NCBI GenBank assembly: GCA_049512075.1
Contig: JBEKXL010000002.1
Coordinates: forward strand, 1 to 64,000
Length of the DNA: 64,000 nt
Direction of reading: 5' to 3'
Source of the DNA: Candidatus Bathyarchaeia archaeon
Lineage (GTDB): Archaea > Thermoproteota > Bathyarchaeia > Bathyarchaeales > Bathycorpusculaceae
The number at the start of each line of letters is the position of its first letter. Position 1 is the first letter of the stretch. Under the pieces are notes generated by a model, which was given only the letters and a program-made list of their open reading frames with translations, was not told the DNA's origin and did not search any database. Made by a program: the position numbers and the translations under genes. Positions 9,167 through 19,556 of this stretch are shown one piece after another.

Positions 9167-10180
9167 TCATCTTCCTTGTGGCGACTCGAGTGAAACGTGA
9201 GTGATTTGCGGCGGTTCTTCAGCGACGTTTCTCGGTGGGCGAGCCGGAAAGCGCAGTCGTATCGGACGTTTCTCAGTGCCCGCTATGCTTCCCGCAAGTA
9301 TAATGTACGATCCGCGCACAAAGCCGTACCTTAGAAAACCGCCCTTCGGCGTTACCTCTTTTCCGTCCTTGCCAATCTTGAGGATGCGCTTGTTGTACTC
9401 CGTTCTCTGGTGATAACCCATCTGTCCAGCTCTTGCGACACTGTACATCACGTGGTGCGGGTTCCATGGGCCAAGCGTTGCAACGCCTCTTTTGGTTTTT
9501 CTTCCCTTTGCCTGAAGTATCGTGACGCCCCAACGCTTCACCGGACCCTGCCAGCCTTTCCCAGTGGACACTGAAGCCACGTCCACGTATTGGCCTTCCT
9601 TGAAGATCTCCGCAGTGGTAACAGTCTTGCCCATAAGGTTCTTCGCAAACTCGAACTGCTGCTGAACCGTTCCTCCGCACAACTCGATCTCCGCGATGTC
9701 AGGTTTCTTCCTTGAAAGACTAGTCTCCTGTGGCTGAGTGACGGCGACAACGCGGATCTTCGCCACTTTGGCCAAGTTTTGTTCAATCCTCTTCAACCCT
9801 TCCTCAGCCTTGAAGTTCTCCGGCAACGTGAACACCCGTTCGAGACTTTCAGGCGGATCTTTAATCCATGCTTCGGTGAGAGTGCGCAAACCGTCAACGT
9901 TTCGGGTGTACGCTCTTATGGCGCATATGAGGATTGGCGGCGTTTCCAGAACCGTGGCCGCGCGAATGACTTCCTTTCCAAAGTCGGGTGAACGCTTCCT
10001 GTCCTCTATCGCGAACACATGAGTCATTCCGGCCTTGTAGGCCATGAAACCCAGAAGTCTCGGCGTCTCCGCCTCTATCACCGGCCAAAAGTTTATTCTA
10101 GCCAATAAATGCTCAGCGCGTTTCCTAGGCAAATAGGCAAGCGAACCATGTCTTGGAGCGTGCGTTTTCCTGTGGCCCAT
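9167..10180 (-). CDS. rpl3p: 50S ribosomal protein L3
   Basis: PRHGSLAYLPRKRA, KAGMTH, GKGWQGPVKRWG, AGQMGYHQRTEYNK. Confidence 0.97.
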   Translation of the reverse strand: MGHRKTHAPRHGSLAYLPRKRAEHLLARINFWPVIEAETPRLLGFMAYKAGMTHVFAIEDRKRSPDFGKEVIRAATVLETPPILICAIRAYTRNVDGLRTLTEAWIKDPPESLERVFTLPENFKAEEGLKRIEQNLAKVAKIRVVAVTQPQETSLSRKKPDIAEIELCGGTVQQQFEFAKNLMGKTVTTAEIFKEGQYVDVASVSTGKGWQGPVKRWGVTILQAKGRKTKRGVATLGPWNPHHVMYSVARAGQMGYHQRTEYNKRILKIGKDGKEVTPKGGFLRYGFVRGSYIILAGSIAGTEKRPIRLRFPARPPRNVAEEPPQITHVSLESPQGR

Positions 10181-10372
10181 TGGTTTCCCGGCTTCGTGTC
10201 TTCTGGGAATGAGAACAACAAATCATTAATGCTACCTCAAAAGGCAGCATTTAGCTTGATGTTTCACCCGTTTTTTTATGTGCTTTAACACAGAAGACGG
10301 GAAAGTATTTATGTCTTTTTCGGTCTTCGTCTGCTCTTCTCTTGGCGAAAGCTGTTTCTCATGTTAGCAGGC

Positions 10373-10641
10373 CTATGGCACATTTTGTCCGAAGTGAACT
10401 GCAATAGTGACCAAATCTGTGAGACCTATGTTGTCCCAAGGTGCAGCCAAGTTTGCGTTGTCATTCCACCGAGGTTCATCAGGGTGCGACCCATAAGCAG
10501 ACACCACAAGCACAAGGTCTTGAACTCCGACTTTGCCATCACAATCGACATCGCCAGGCAGGGCAGAGACTCTCACAATGACGCTCCCTCAAATGGCGCA
10601 TTTGCTTCTCCGTCATTGAGCTGGCCTGAAACAGTCAGCAT
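10373..10641 (-). pseudogene. Frameshifted C-terminal remnant of a dockerin-bearing secreted protein
   Basis: GDVDCDGKVGVQDL...AYGS...WNDNANL dockerin-type repeat; upstream LTVSGQLNDG..FEG linker lies in another frame. Confidence 0.6.
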
Positions 10642-10716
10642 CTACGCCACAAACTGTCAATCCCAAGAAAAAGAAATACTGCCTCTTTGCTCTTCCTCAT
10701 ACTATATTACAGAAAA

Positions 10717-11316
10717 TCAGTCAGCATGTCGTTTCTTTGAAATGTCGGCTTTGAAGGCTGAAACACGGTCTTCTTGTTCTTCACGTTCAATCTGCTCAAG
10801 AGCAGCCTGCATGAGCCGCCTCATTCTGCGGTTCTCGATTCGTTTCAGGATTTCCTCGCGAGTCAGGTATCGAGATTGTGAGTGAGTGCCTGAAACGCCG
10901 TCGAACCATTCTCCGCCCAAGTCCAGTTTTCGCTCTGCAATCATCACCCGCGAATCAGCGTTCTCTCGACTTGTCTTTTCGTGATAGTCATCAACATTTT
11001 TCACACCAACCAGAATGCCTCGCGTATCATAAACTTCAATCGAACGCAAACTCCTCTTGGGGCGTATTATATGGAACGAAGTTTCGAAGCCACATTCTGG
11101 ACAATAGAACCGTATGTTCTCAAACTTCTTGTCGTGTCTGAGTCTGAAAGTTTTTTCACTGCATCGTGGGCAGCCAGAATGTGCACATTCAGCCAATGCT
11201 GGATTGTTAACACTTGCCCATCTCAAGTATTGAGCTTCAGGCGAGTTGTCATTCTCAATGTTCTGGAATTCAATCCAGCTGTGTTTCCGACTCCTCCCTC
11301 GCTTATGCGCAGTCAC
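10717..11316 (-). CDS. Hypothetical Zn-ribbon protein
   Basis: 199 aa; CxxxxCPRC...CPECG; charged helical C-terminus. Confidence 0.6.
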   Translation of the reverse strand: MTAHKRGRSRKHSWIEFQNIENDNSPEAQYLRWASVNNPALAECAHSGCPRCSEKTFRLRHDKKFENIRFYCPECGFETSFHIIRPKRSLRSIEVYDTRGILVGVKNVDDYHEKTSRENADSRVMIAERKLDLGGEWFDGVSGTHSQSRYLTREEILKRIENRRMRRLMQAALEQIEREEQEDRVSAFKADISKKRHAD

Positions 11317-11549
11317 CTATGCTCACCAACCTTTACTCAACATTTCAGACGCCGAGATTCTACCCCGCACACTTTCTATTAGCCAACATCAACTTGAACA
11401 TGAGCTAATTCAGGATATAAACTCTATTCGAATTCACATAGTACGCTAGCACAATTCCTACTTCAACTGAGCAAGATTGCCGCGCTCCATTATGGGGGGA
11501 CTCGGATAATTGTTAAATTCTGGCATGCCTACGCTTCTCAGGGTCTGGC

Positions 11550-12167
11550 ATGTGTGACAATGCGTCTGAAGTTGGAAACGCTCTGTACAGTTCGGGCTGC
11601 TTGAAGTTTGGCAGTTTTCGCATCAAGTCCGGGGCTCTCAGTCCCTACTACATTGACCTGGCATGTCTGCTTTCCTCTCCTGAAGATCTTTGCACCGTCA
11701 TGGACATCGCCGCGAACAGCATAAAGCGAGTTGCAGCTTCAACCAGAATAGACAAGCTTGCCTCGATTGAGCTGAAAGGCGCCCTGTTATTGGCGAGCAT
11801 CGGCTGCCGGACAGGTTTACCGTGCACCGTGGTCAGGAAAGATGAGAAGACGTATGGAGCAACTGGAAGAATTGCAGGGGCAGAAGTCGCAAAAGACGAG
11901 CACGTACTATTCTTTGACGATGTAGTTAGCGAGGGACTGTCCAAACTGGAGGGAATCAAGCCTCTCGAACAGTTGGGGGCCAAAGTCGAAAACATCATGG
12001 TTGTCGTCGACAGAGAACAAGGCGGGAGAGAAAACCTTGAAAACGCAGGCTACAAAGTCCATGCTCTTGCAAGGATATCCGAAATCGTCAACTCTCTTCT
12101 CAAGAGCAAGCACATTTCAAAGGAACAGGCGGACGCCGTTTTATACTATGTCAAAAACCGTGACTAG
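11550..12167 (+). CDS. pyrE: Orotate phosphoribosyltransferase
   Basis: FG.F.IKSG..SPYYIDL, VRKDEKTYG, PRPP loop FDDVVSEG.S, VVDREQGG. Confidence 0.88.
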   Translation: MCDNASEVGNALYSSGCLKFGSFRIKSGALSPYYIDLACLLSSPEDLCTVMDIAANSIKRVAASTRIDKLASIELKGALLLASIGCRTGLPCTVVRKDEKTYGATGRIAGAEVAKDEHVLFFDDVVSEGLSKLEGIKPLEQLGAKVENIMVVVDREQGGRENLENAGYKVHALARISEIVNSLLKSKHISKEQADAVLYYVKNRD

Positions 12168-12188
12168 ACCCTGCCCTTCCCGCTAGCC

Positions 12189-13148
12189 TTAGCCACGCGG
12201 TATTCTCTCCAACACTTTCTGGGCGGATTCCATAGGCGAATACTTCGTCGTGTCCAATGCTATTTCAGGATTTGAAGGCGGCTCGTACGGTTGCCCCACT
12301 CCTGGCACGGTCGGCGCCTTGCCCTCTCCAGCCCGCTCATAAATCCGCCTCGGCGCGTGGTAGGTTCCAGCCCTCCCGGCTTCGCGTTGCATGCAGGCCT
12401 CTAATGGACAGTCCAGATAGACCTCAATGAACGATGAGATTCTCTTCCTAGAGTTCTCGCGGTAACGCCTCAGATTGCCAGTCGCGTCGATCACCACGTT
12501 GACACCGTTCTGCGTCAGAAGCTCAGCGATGTACACCAGCGTCGCATAGACCGAGTCCCGCTCTTCAAGCGAATACGACGGCTTCGGAGTTAGAACCCTG
12601 CGCAGAGCGTCTGAAGACAACAGCTGAGCGTGCACGCCATCTTTCTCTAGAAGCTCAAGCAAGGCCCTTGAAACAGTGGATTTGCCGCTACCAGGCAGGC
12701 CGGTAATCCAGACACACCAACCAGTCTTCGTCCTTGGGACCATCCTGCTGAAAGGCTTTAACCCTACTTTACTCGCGAATTCATTTAAATAATCGTGGGT
12801 TTCGATTCCGAAAAGATGGCCTTTGCACGCACAGTCTGATGAGCCGAAGCCGCTTATCGGAGTGGCCACTTCACAAAGTCTCTCTGCAACTCTGCACTCT
12901 TCAAGCTTCCCAGCTTCTTTGCAGAAAACTCTAACGACTTTTGCGTGGCGGTTGCTTAGTAGATAGTCGATGTGCCAATACTTTCGCCTCGTCTTTCTGA
13001 GGTGCCGCTTCACTCTTTTTTCCAGGTTGTTCTGGGCTGAACCAACATAAACGTAGAGGCCTTCCTGAAAATCCCTGCCGCCCAGGGCGCCGACGCTTAT
13101 GCTGATGTCTTTGGCGATCGATATCAGGAGAACGTAGATTCCTTTCAT
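12189..13148 (-). CDS. DUF123 (GIY-YIG) nuclease fused to an APS-kinase-like P-loop domain
   Basis: KGIYVL...YVYVGSAQ...WHIDYLL...GFGSSDC.C.GHL, then WITGLPGSGKST...YEPP. Confidence 0.8.
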   Translation of the reverse strand: MKGIYVLLISIAKDISISVGALGGRDFQEGLYVYVGSAQNNLEKRVKRHLRKTRRKYWHIDYLLSNRHAKVVRVFCKEAGKLEECRVAERLCEVATPISGFGSSDCACKGHLFGIETHDYLNEFASKVGLKPFSRMVPRTKTGWCVWITGLPGSGKSTVSRALLELLEKDGVHAQLLSSDALRRVLTPKPSYSLEERDSVYATLVYIAELLTQNGVNVVIDATGNLRRYRENSRKRISSFIEVYLDCPLEACMQREAGRAGTYHAPRRIYERAGEGKAPTVPGVGQPYEPPSNPEIALDTTKYSPMESAQKVLERIPRG

Positions 13149-13261
13149 GTCTTTCTATCGTTGTTCTTCTTGTACCATTTTAGAATTTCCTTAACTGCAC
13201 CGTCAGAGTAGCCTACCTGTCTGAGCTCTTTTTCGAGATCATCAGAAGCTTCAACCTTCAA
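13145..13261 (-). CDS. 38-aa small protein missing from the ORF track
   Basis: TTG start after GGTG; MKVEASDDLEKELRQVGYSDGAVKEILKWYKKNNDRKT; stop overlaps the next ATG (ATGA). Confidence 0.55.
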   Translation of the reverse strand: MKVEASDDLEKELRQVGYSDGAVKEILKWYKKNNDRKT

Positions 13262-13363
13262 GCTGGGGCACCATCAAACAAAGAGGTTAGGTGGCAAAGA
13301 ATATTTATCCTTTAGTACGGCTGCCGATATATCCCCGCCGTCTTGTAAAGCCGTGTGCATCAG

Positions 13364-14456
13364 CTATGTCAGATAGAACTCCACGTTTTCAAAGTCGAAG
13401 CTCTCGGCGTCGAGCACTCTGGCTGCGAACCGTAAAATCTGTTTGCGCACTTTTGTCGGCAATTGCGGATACCAGAGGGGCGACGCTAGAACGAGACTGC
13501 GCCAAGCGTAGAAGGGCTGGACCACTTTCAAGATTTCTTTGTCGCCTGTCTTGTCCAGATAGCTCCGCCAGAAGAGCAGGAACAGCCTCTTGAATGGTCC
13601 GGTCATCTCCCCGAGGGACTGCGGGGAGTAGAAGAGGTAGTTTATTGTCATAGTGCTCACGTCGTCCGCGGGTTCACCCCACTCGCCCCTGCTACGGTCT
13701 AGCACAGTGAAGTCTGAGCCCTGCCGGAACATGACGTTCCATGGGTGAAAGCCTCCATGCACCTGCGACAGCCTGTGAGTCACGTGTTTGAGTCGCCAGC
13801 GCCACTCCACGCACGTCTTCTCGAACTTCACAAAGAATCTTTCATCGGCGTACGCTAACCCGCCCGGATAGCTATCCGCCAAACCAAAGATTTCCTCACC
13901 GTGCCCCAGCAGATCCCGGACACGCCTAACATAAAGTCCGGGCGAATCCCTCTTCTTAACCGAGTGAATCCCAACAAGATAGTCCGACAAAGCCAAACAG
14001 CGCTCCTCGTCTAAGCTGCGAAGGTCGTTAGCGACCCTAATCCTGTCCAAATCAGAGTAGTAGAGCACTCCATCGATGAACTCGGTTACGATGAAGAACT
14101 CACAACAATCACCCAACGACCTGAGCGTCTCACAATCACTGGCGAACGAGCCCACATCAACCGAACGCACGTGCAGGGGCAGCCTGTTAAACGTTGAATG
14201 TTGCATCAGGAGAACCGCTGCGCGGTCAGCGAAATGGTCATGCCTAAATCCCCCAGGCTGCATCGTCTCCAAAACCACTCGCCTAGCGTCTCCATTGACG
14301 GTGAACTCAATCAAGTGGGGGCACGCCATAGCCGAAACCCTTCAATTGCGCCGAGCCCTCAGTTCCACCTATTGGAGCGATTCGAGAAACCTCCACTGAC
14401 CCCTTGTAAACGTCCGAAAGGTACTGCCGCACACGTTCAACCTTCAACTCCAGCAA
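13364..14456 (-). pseudogene. APH/choline-kinase-like phosphotransferase, frameshifted
   Basis: N-terminus (TTG 14456 after GGTGAGG) MLELKVERV...LKGFGYGVP joins HLIEFTV only after removing 1 nt in the G5 run at 14317-14321; Brenner motif reads HGGFHPWN, lacking the catalytic Asp. Confidence 0.7.
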
Positions 14457-14842
14457 GAAACCTCACCAGAACCAAAAAGGTGCCAGACACTGGTTAAAAA
14501 CATAGCGACAAGTGCCACTGATCCATGAACAAGTCACCGAAGCACACCTGCCAGTTGGACATCAAAAGTCAGAGGCGAATGGGTTCTCCAGATGACGCTG
14601 AACATTTAACGAAGTAACATTCGCGTGTCTCGACTCCGGCGACAAACTCTCAAAAAAAAACACCATACGCGCAGCTTTTCACGCCTGCAAACACCTCGAC
14701 AGCCTTGTCAGACCTGGGCGCCAACCTACACGCCCACCTACTTCAACTTTGTCACACGCACAGCAACATCACAACCGATGTGTGCAAAAAGAAAGGGAAC
14801 CAACTCTGAAAAAAGGAACTTGCGTCCGTTTCTCCATAAATT

Positions 14843-15240
14843 GTTACCACGCAACATTACCACGGTTGTTACCAACAAAGACCGGGGGTCGCACAAAACG
14901 ACATTGCCACAGATTACAGCAATTGATTACATCTGCTGTTGCCGAGAAAGGAGGTGGACCTGGAAAATTACAATGCACATTACATCTGACATTACAAATA
15001 AACGGAACTCGTTGGCTCTGAAGGGCGGTCCAGGTCTGTTTTCTTCATGGTTTATTACAATCCACATTACATCGGACATTACAAGCAAAAAGAGGGGGGT
15101 CAAAAACACAACATCGCGATCTTGTAATCCAACATAATGTTAGACCTAAACAAACAAAGACGGGGGGCCGACAACACAATAGTGCAACACGTTAGAATTA
15201 CAGATTGCATCTGACCTCACAAAATAAAGGAGAGAGGTCA
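14843..15240 (+). repeat. Array A: about 6 degenerate units of (ATTACA-N6)x3 + A-rich + G-string
   Basis: e.g. ATTACAATCCACATTACATCGGACATTACAAGCAAAAAGAGGGGGGTC; 14967-15172 is the exact reverse complement of 27059-27264. Confidence 0.9.
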
Positions 15241-15323
15241 ACTCAGCGCGCGCTATGTTTTTATAGCGCATGTCAATCGAATGAAATGCCTTCATAATAC
15301 GCAAAAATCAGGAGTGAGTAAAC

Positions 15324-16352
15324 GTGTCTGCAACGCAAGCTGAAACTACAATGTCTTCGATTATTGTGACGGTCGAGAACCTCTCAAAGGCCTTCGGCAA
15401 GTTGAAGGCCGTAGATAACATAAGCTTTGAGGTCAAAATGGGGGAAATTTTCGGTTTCGTTGGCCCCAACGGAGCAGGCAAGACCACCACCATCAACATG
15501 CTTACGACCTTGATGAAGCCTTCATCGGGAAACGCGGTGGTCTGCGGCTATGACATATTCAAGGATCCGAACGAGGTGCGAAGAAATGTCGGAGTTGTAC
15601 CGCAGGAGTACACTGCTGACGAGGACATGACTGGAATTAACAATGTCCTTCTCTGCGCTGATCTCTACGGCATACCAAGAAGTGATTCAAAACCACACGC
15701 ACAAGAGTTGCTGAAGCTGGTAGAGCTTCAAGACGCTGCAAAGAGGAAGGTGAGCACCTACTCAGGAGGAATGCGCAGGAGACTGGAGCTCGCCTGTGGT
15801 TTGATCAATTATCCGAAATTGCTATTCTTGGATGAACCAACGCTCGGTCTCGACGTTCAAACACGCACCGTGGTCTGGAAATACATCAAAATGTTAAAAG
15901 ATGAATACCGCATGACCCTCTTTCTGACAACTCACTACCTCGAAGAAGCCGACTCACTCTGCGACAGAATAGCCATAATCGATCACGGTCACATCATAAG
16001 AATTGGCTCACCTGAAGAGTTGAAGGAAAGCATCGGCGGAGACGTCATCGTGGTCACCCTCAAGGAGACAGAGCCGGACATTTCATCCGATATTGCTAAC
16101 ATCAAATTGGTCAAGAACGTTCAGAAGAACGATAACAACTATCGCATAAAGGTGGAGCTCGGAGAGGAAGCCTCCCCACAAATCACGGATCTAATTCGAT
16201 CCAAAGGGCTTCACGTGACGAAAGTCTCTTTGACGAAGCCAACCTTGGACGAGGCATATCTGGAATTTACTGGCCGCAGCCTGAGGGAAGAAGAAGCTGA
16301 CAGGATGCAGATGTTTAGACAACGCGTAACGGTGAGAAGAGCAAGATCGTAA
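15324..16352 (+). CDS. ABC exporter ATP-binding protein (DrrA-like)
   Basis: GPNGAGKTT, YSGGMRRR, LFLDEPT, TTHY. Confidence 0.93.
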   Translation: MSATQAETTMSSIIVTVENLSKAFGKLKAVDNISFEVKMGEIFGFVGPNGAGKTTTINMLTTLMKPSSGNAVVCGYDIFKDPNEVRRNVGVVPQEYTADEDMTGINNVLLCADLYGIPRSDSKPHAQELLKLVELQDAAKRKVSTYSGGMRRRLELACGLINYPKLLFLDEPTLGLDVQTRTVVWKYIKMLKDEYRMTLFLTTHYLEEADSLCDRIAIIDHGHIIRIGSPEELKESIGGDVIVVTLKETEPDISSDIANIKLVKNVQKNDNNYRIKVELGEEASPQITDLIRSKGLHVTKVSLTKPTLDEAYLEFTGRSLREEEADRMQMFRQRVTVRRARS

Positions 16353-16361
16353 AATGAGGGG

Positions 16362-17294
16362 GTGAGTATGGAAAAAACCAAACCGATAACAAGCAAGGAA
16401 ACAGCAAAAGAAGAACAGCCTAAAGAGGTTTCCGCAGAGAAGCAGAGGGTAGTCAGGGCCGCTCCAAAACTGAGCAGGAGTCCCCTGCATGGGTTATGGG
16501 CGCTAACGAACAGAGATTTGAGAAAGTGGTACACGAACCCAATCCAGCTACTCACATCGCTAATCCAACCGGTGGTCTGGCTCGCCCTGTTCGGCAAAGC
16601 CCTGAACTTTGGAACATTCATTTCGGGATCAGGAGCCACGCTGATCCAGCAAAACGCAATCTTGCAGGGCTTTTTCGGTACAACCAGCTACTTTTCATTC
16701 CTAGCTTGCGGAATGCTTGCCTTTGTCGTCCTGTTCACTTCCGCGTTCAGCGGAATGTCGGTCGTGTTTGACCGCAGGTTTGGTTTCCTGAACAAGGCTC
16801 TAAGCACGCCTGTGGCGCGCGGAGCTATTGTGATGGGCAAAGTCCTCCAAAGTGTAGGTAGGTCGTTGATTCAATCGGCCATAGTTCTAGTTATCGCAAT
16901 AATACTCGGAATGGAAACAAGTCATTTCACCGTCGTCGGAATTGCGGGCACATTCGTCATCATTTTCCTGATGGCCACGGGGCTGTCAGCGTTATTCACT
17001 ATGCTCGCGTTGAGATCAAGTGATTGGCAGACACAAGTGGCTCTCATCAACCTTATCAACCTGCCCCTGCTGTTCGCAAGCAACGCACTCTTCCCAGTAA
17101 AGATAATGCCGACTTGGCTTCAAGACATCGTGAAGGTCAACCCGGTCAGTTACGCTAATGATGCGGTGAGACAAATGTTGATAGGCGCGACGGGCATGAG
17201 CAGCCTTTGGCTGGACTTTGCAGTCTTGATTGGATTCGCTTTTGTACTATCTGCAATCGGAATCGTCCTCTCTTGGAGACTCCTTTCCAAGTAA
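16362..17294 (+). CDS. ABC-2 type permease (DrrB-like)
   Basis: 6 TM; DRRFGFL, NPVSYA. Confidence 0.9.
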   Translation: MSMEKTKPITSKETAKEEQPKEVSAEKQRVVRAAPKLSRSPLHGLWALTNRDLRKWYTNPIQLLTSLIQPVVWLALFGKALNFGTFISGSGATLIQQNAILQGFFGTTSYFSFLACGMLAFVVLFTSAFSGMSVVFDRRFGFLNKALSTPVARGAIVMGKVLQSVGRSLIQSAIVLVIAIILGMETSHFTVVGIAGTFVIIFLMATGLSALFTMLALRSSDWQTQVALINLINLPLLFASNALFPVKIMPTWLQDIVKVNPVSYANDAVRQMLIGATGMSSLWLDFAVLIGFAFVLSAIGIVLSWRLLSK

Positions 17295-17319
17295 CCCCAG
17301 ACCAGGAGCGCACGCTTAA

Positions 17320-19284
17320 CTAGTTTTTGATTTTGACTCTAATTGAGTTAAACCGAGGACCCGAACCCAGAGTCTGTGGATTACTCGACGCCAAACTGTT
17401 TAATGGAACACCGTTCTTCCCAGTCAAAGGTCTCGGCGACCACAAGACTCCCTTGGAAACGTTTTCGGTGACAACCGCTTCGACAGTTATCGCTCCCAAC
17501 TCGTTGAAAAGAGTGACATCATCTCCATTCTTTATCCCAAGCCTGCCCGCATCAACAGGACTGATCCACACAATCTCCGGAATCGGACCATAAACGTCTC
17601 TGAACTGGCTGTGGGTCCAACTCGGAAGGGAGCTGTTCAACAGCGTAAACCAGCCATCACTCTCGTCAAGTGGCAGCTGCACCGGTAAGGGACTCGCACC
17701 GATTTCAAGGGCTTTTGAAGAGTACAACTCAATCTTCCCCGAGGGCGTCTGATACTCGTTAGCGGGTCGTTTCTTCAGTTTCAGGATCGCCCCCTTGAGT
17801 AGGTCATCGAAGCATCCGTTTTCAAAAGCCTCCACCGTGGCCTTTTCAAGGGCTTGCCAAGGATCCTCAAACAGCCAAGACTCCGCGCAACCTAATCTCT
17901 CAGCCAGCTGCTGCATGACCCAGATTTCGTGCTTGCACTCTTCAAGCGGCTCAATCGCTTTCATGGATAATCGAGTGTACGAGTGATGGTCTGAGAAGTT
18001 CAGATCGGTTTTCTCCAGATAGGTGGCGGCAGGTAGAACAACATCAGCAAGTTTCGCAGTCTCGGTCCAATGCGTTTCATGAACGACTACAAACACGTCT
18101 TCCCTTGAAAGACCTGCTCTTACCGCGTTCTGGTTTGGAAGCATTAGAGCAGGGTTGGAGCCTTTGATGAAAACGAACTTGAACTCCCCAGAGTCTAATC
18201 TCGAGCCCAAGGAAACCTGCTCAACGACTCTTGACTTTTCACCGCACATCTTGCTTCCGTTGATATAATCCCAATCTACAAATCGACCTTTAGAGTCGCT
18301 GTAATGGAAACCACGGTGCTGTCCAAGCAACGCCGGCAGAAGACTCACAGCCCTAGTTGCCTCTGCACCATGGCTCGACTTGTTTAACCCCAACCCAATC
18401 TCGAAGGCGACAGGAGGTTTCTCAACGAGCATCTCACATAGCTCCTCAACTCTTTTCCATGTGAGGTTTGTCGCTTCTTCTATGCGCTTCGTCGTCCAGT
18501 TCTCTGCTTCTCCCACGAATTCTTGATATCCAGTGGTCCATTTTTCGATGAACTTCTTAGCTATTCTATCGTGTTCAATGAGATATCGGGCTATTCCGTA
18601 AGACAGTGCCACATCGCTGCCCGGGCGAGGGTTGATCCAGAGGTCGCAGCTCTCGGAGGTCTCGCTCTTTCTAGGGTCAATAGATACCAACGATGTACCT
18701 TTCTCTTTTCTTGCCCTCAGCGCAAGGGCCCAGAGGTGAGGAGAACTGACTCTTGCATTGTTCCCCCAAAACAGGATGGCTCTGCAGTCAAGAACCTCCT
18801 CAAATCCGAGACCATATGTAAGCCCGTAGTGGAGTCCGATTCCAGTATGCCCTGATGTGCTGCAGAGAGCGCCGTCCGAAACCGTCACGCCTAATGCGCG
18901 CCACAGTCTTTGGGAGTACTGCCAGCTGAGGCATCCTTGGTTCCCAGGATAATCATACAGCAAAACGGATTCATTGCCACAATTCTCTAAAACACTGGCT
19001 AGTCTATTGCCAACTAGTTCTAGAGCTTGTGACCAAGAAACTCTCCTAAACTTGTTTCCATCCTTGACGTATGGATAAAGAATACGTTCCTCACTGTACA
19101 CCCGATAGGGGTCTCCCACCCCTCGCGGACATAGAAATCCCTGAGTTATCAGGCTTTCTCTACTGCCCGTAGCGGATATGATCCGACAGTCCTCAACAAG
19201 GGCGTCGACAAAACATGTATCCGGACAATCCCGGTGGCACACAGTCTTTACAACGTTGGTTGTTTTCTTTGGCTTGGTTGACAA
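17320..19284 (-). CDS. Molybdopterin oxidoreductase (DMSO reductase superfamily)
   Basis: CHRDCPDTC...C Fe-S motif, TETAKLADVVLPAATYLE, TPSGKIE. Confidence 0.9.
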   Translation of the reverse strand: MSTKPKKTTNVVKTVCHRDCPDTCFVDALVEDCRIISATGSRESLITQGFLCPRGVGDPYRVYSEERILYPYVKDGNKFRRVSWSQALELVGNRLASVLENCGNESVLLYDYPGNQGCLSWQYSQRLWRALGVTVSDGALCSTSGHTGIGLHYGLTYGLGFEEVLDCRAILFWGNNARVSSPHLWALALRARKEKGTSLVSIDPRKSETSESCDLWINPRPGSDVALSYGIARYLIEHDRIAKKFIEKWTTGYQEFVGEAENWTTKRIEEATNLTWKRVEELCEMLVEKPPVAFEIGLGLNKSSHGAEATRAVSLLPALLGQHRGFHYSDSKGRFVDWDYINGSKMCGEKSRVVEQVSLGSRLDSGEFKFVFIKGSNPALMLPNQNAVRAGLSREDVFVVVHETHWTETAKLADVVLPAATYLEKTDLNFSDHHSYTRLSMKAIEPLEECKHEIWVMQQLAERLGCAESWLFEDPWQALEKATVEAFENGCFDDLLKGAILKLKKRPANEYQTPSGKIELYSSKALEIGASPLPVQLPLDESDGWFTLLNSSLPSWTHSQFRDVYGPIPEIVWISPVDAGRLGIKNGDDVTLFNELGAITVEAVVTENVSKGVLWSPRPLTGKNGVPLNSLASSNPQTLGSGPRFNSIRVKIKN

Positions 19285-19556
19285 ATCTGTCTCCTTCTTG
19301 AATGGTCACGTTCCCACAGGCAGATAATGGAGATTCATATTAAACTTTGTTGGATCGTCGAAACTTTCGCGCACCAGACAACTTCTGGCGTGTCCCAGGA
19401 CGAGCGCTACAAGTATGCTGAGCTTGCCAAGAATTCCCAAAAAATCGTTCATATTGAAAAGTGCGACTTAATCTTCACCACAATGAAAGAGCCATCTTTT
19501 ACCAGCTATCAATAACTCGAAACCCAAATTAGATTGAACCCTGCCAAGAGTGTTGC

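Noticed and set aside
14625-15137. ORFs 14625..15137, 14749..15021 and 14927..15109 (also 26913..27131 and 27210..27392)
   Set aside because: They overlay the non-coding repeat arrays; their peptide repeats simply mirror the DNA repeat and the frames are not kept between copies.
14843-15240. CRISPR array interpretation
   Set aside because: Units are degenerate and of uneven length, with no identical repeat plus unique spacer pattern and no cas genes.
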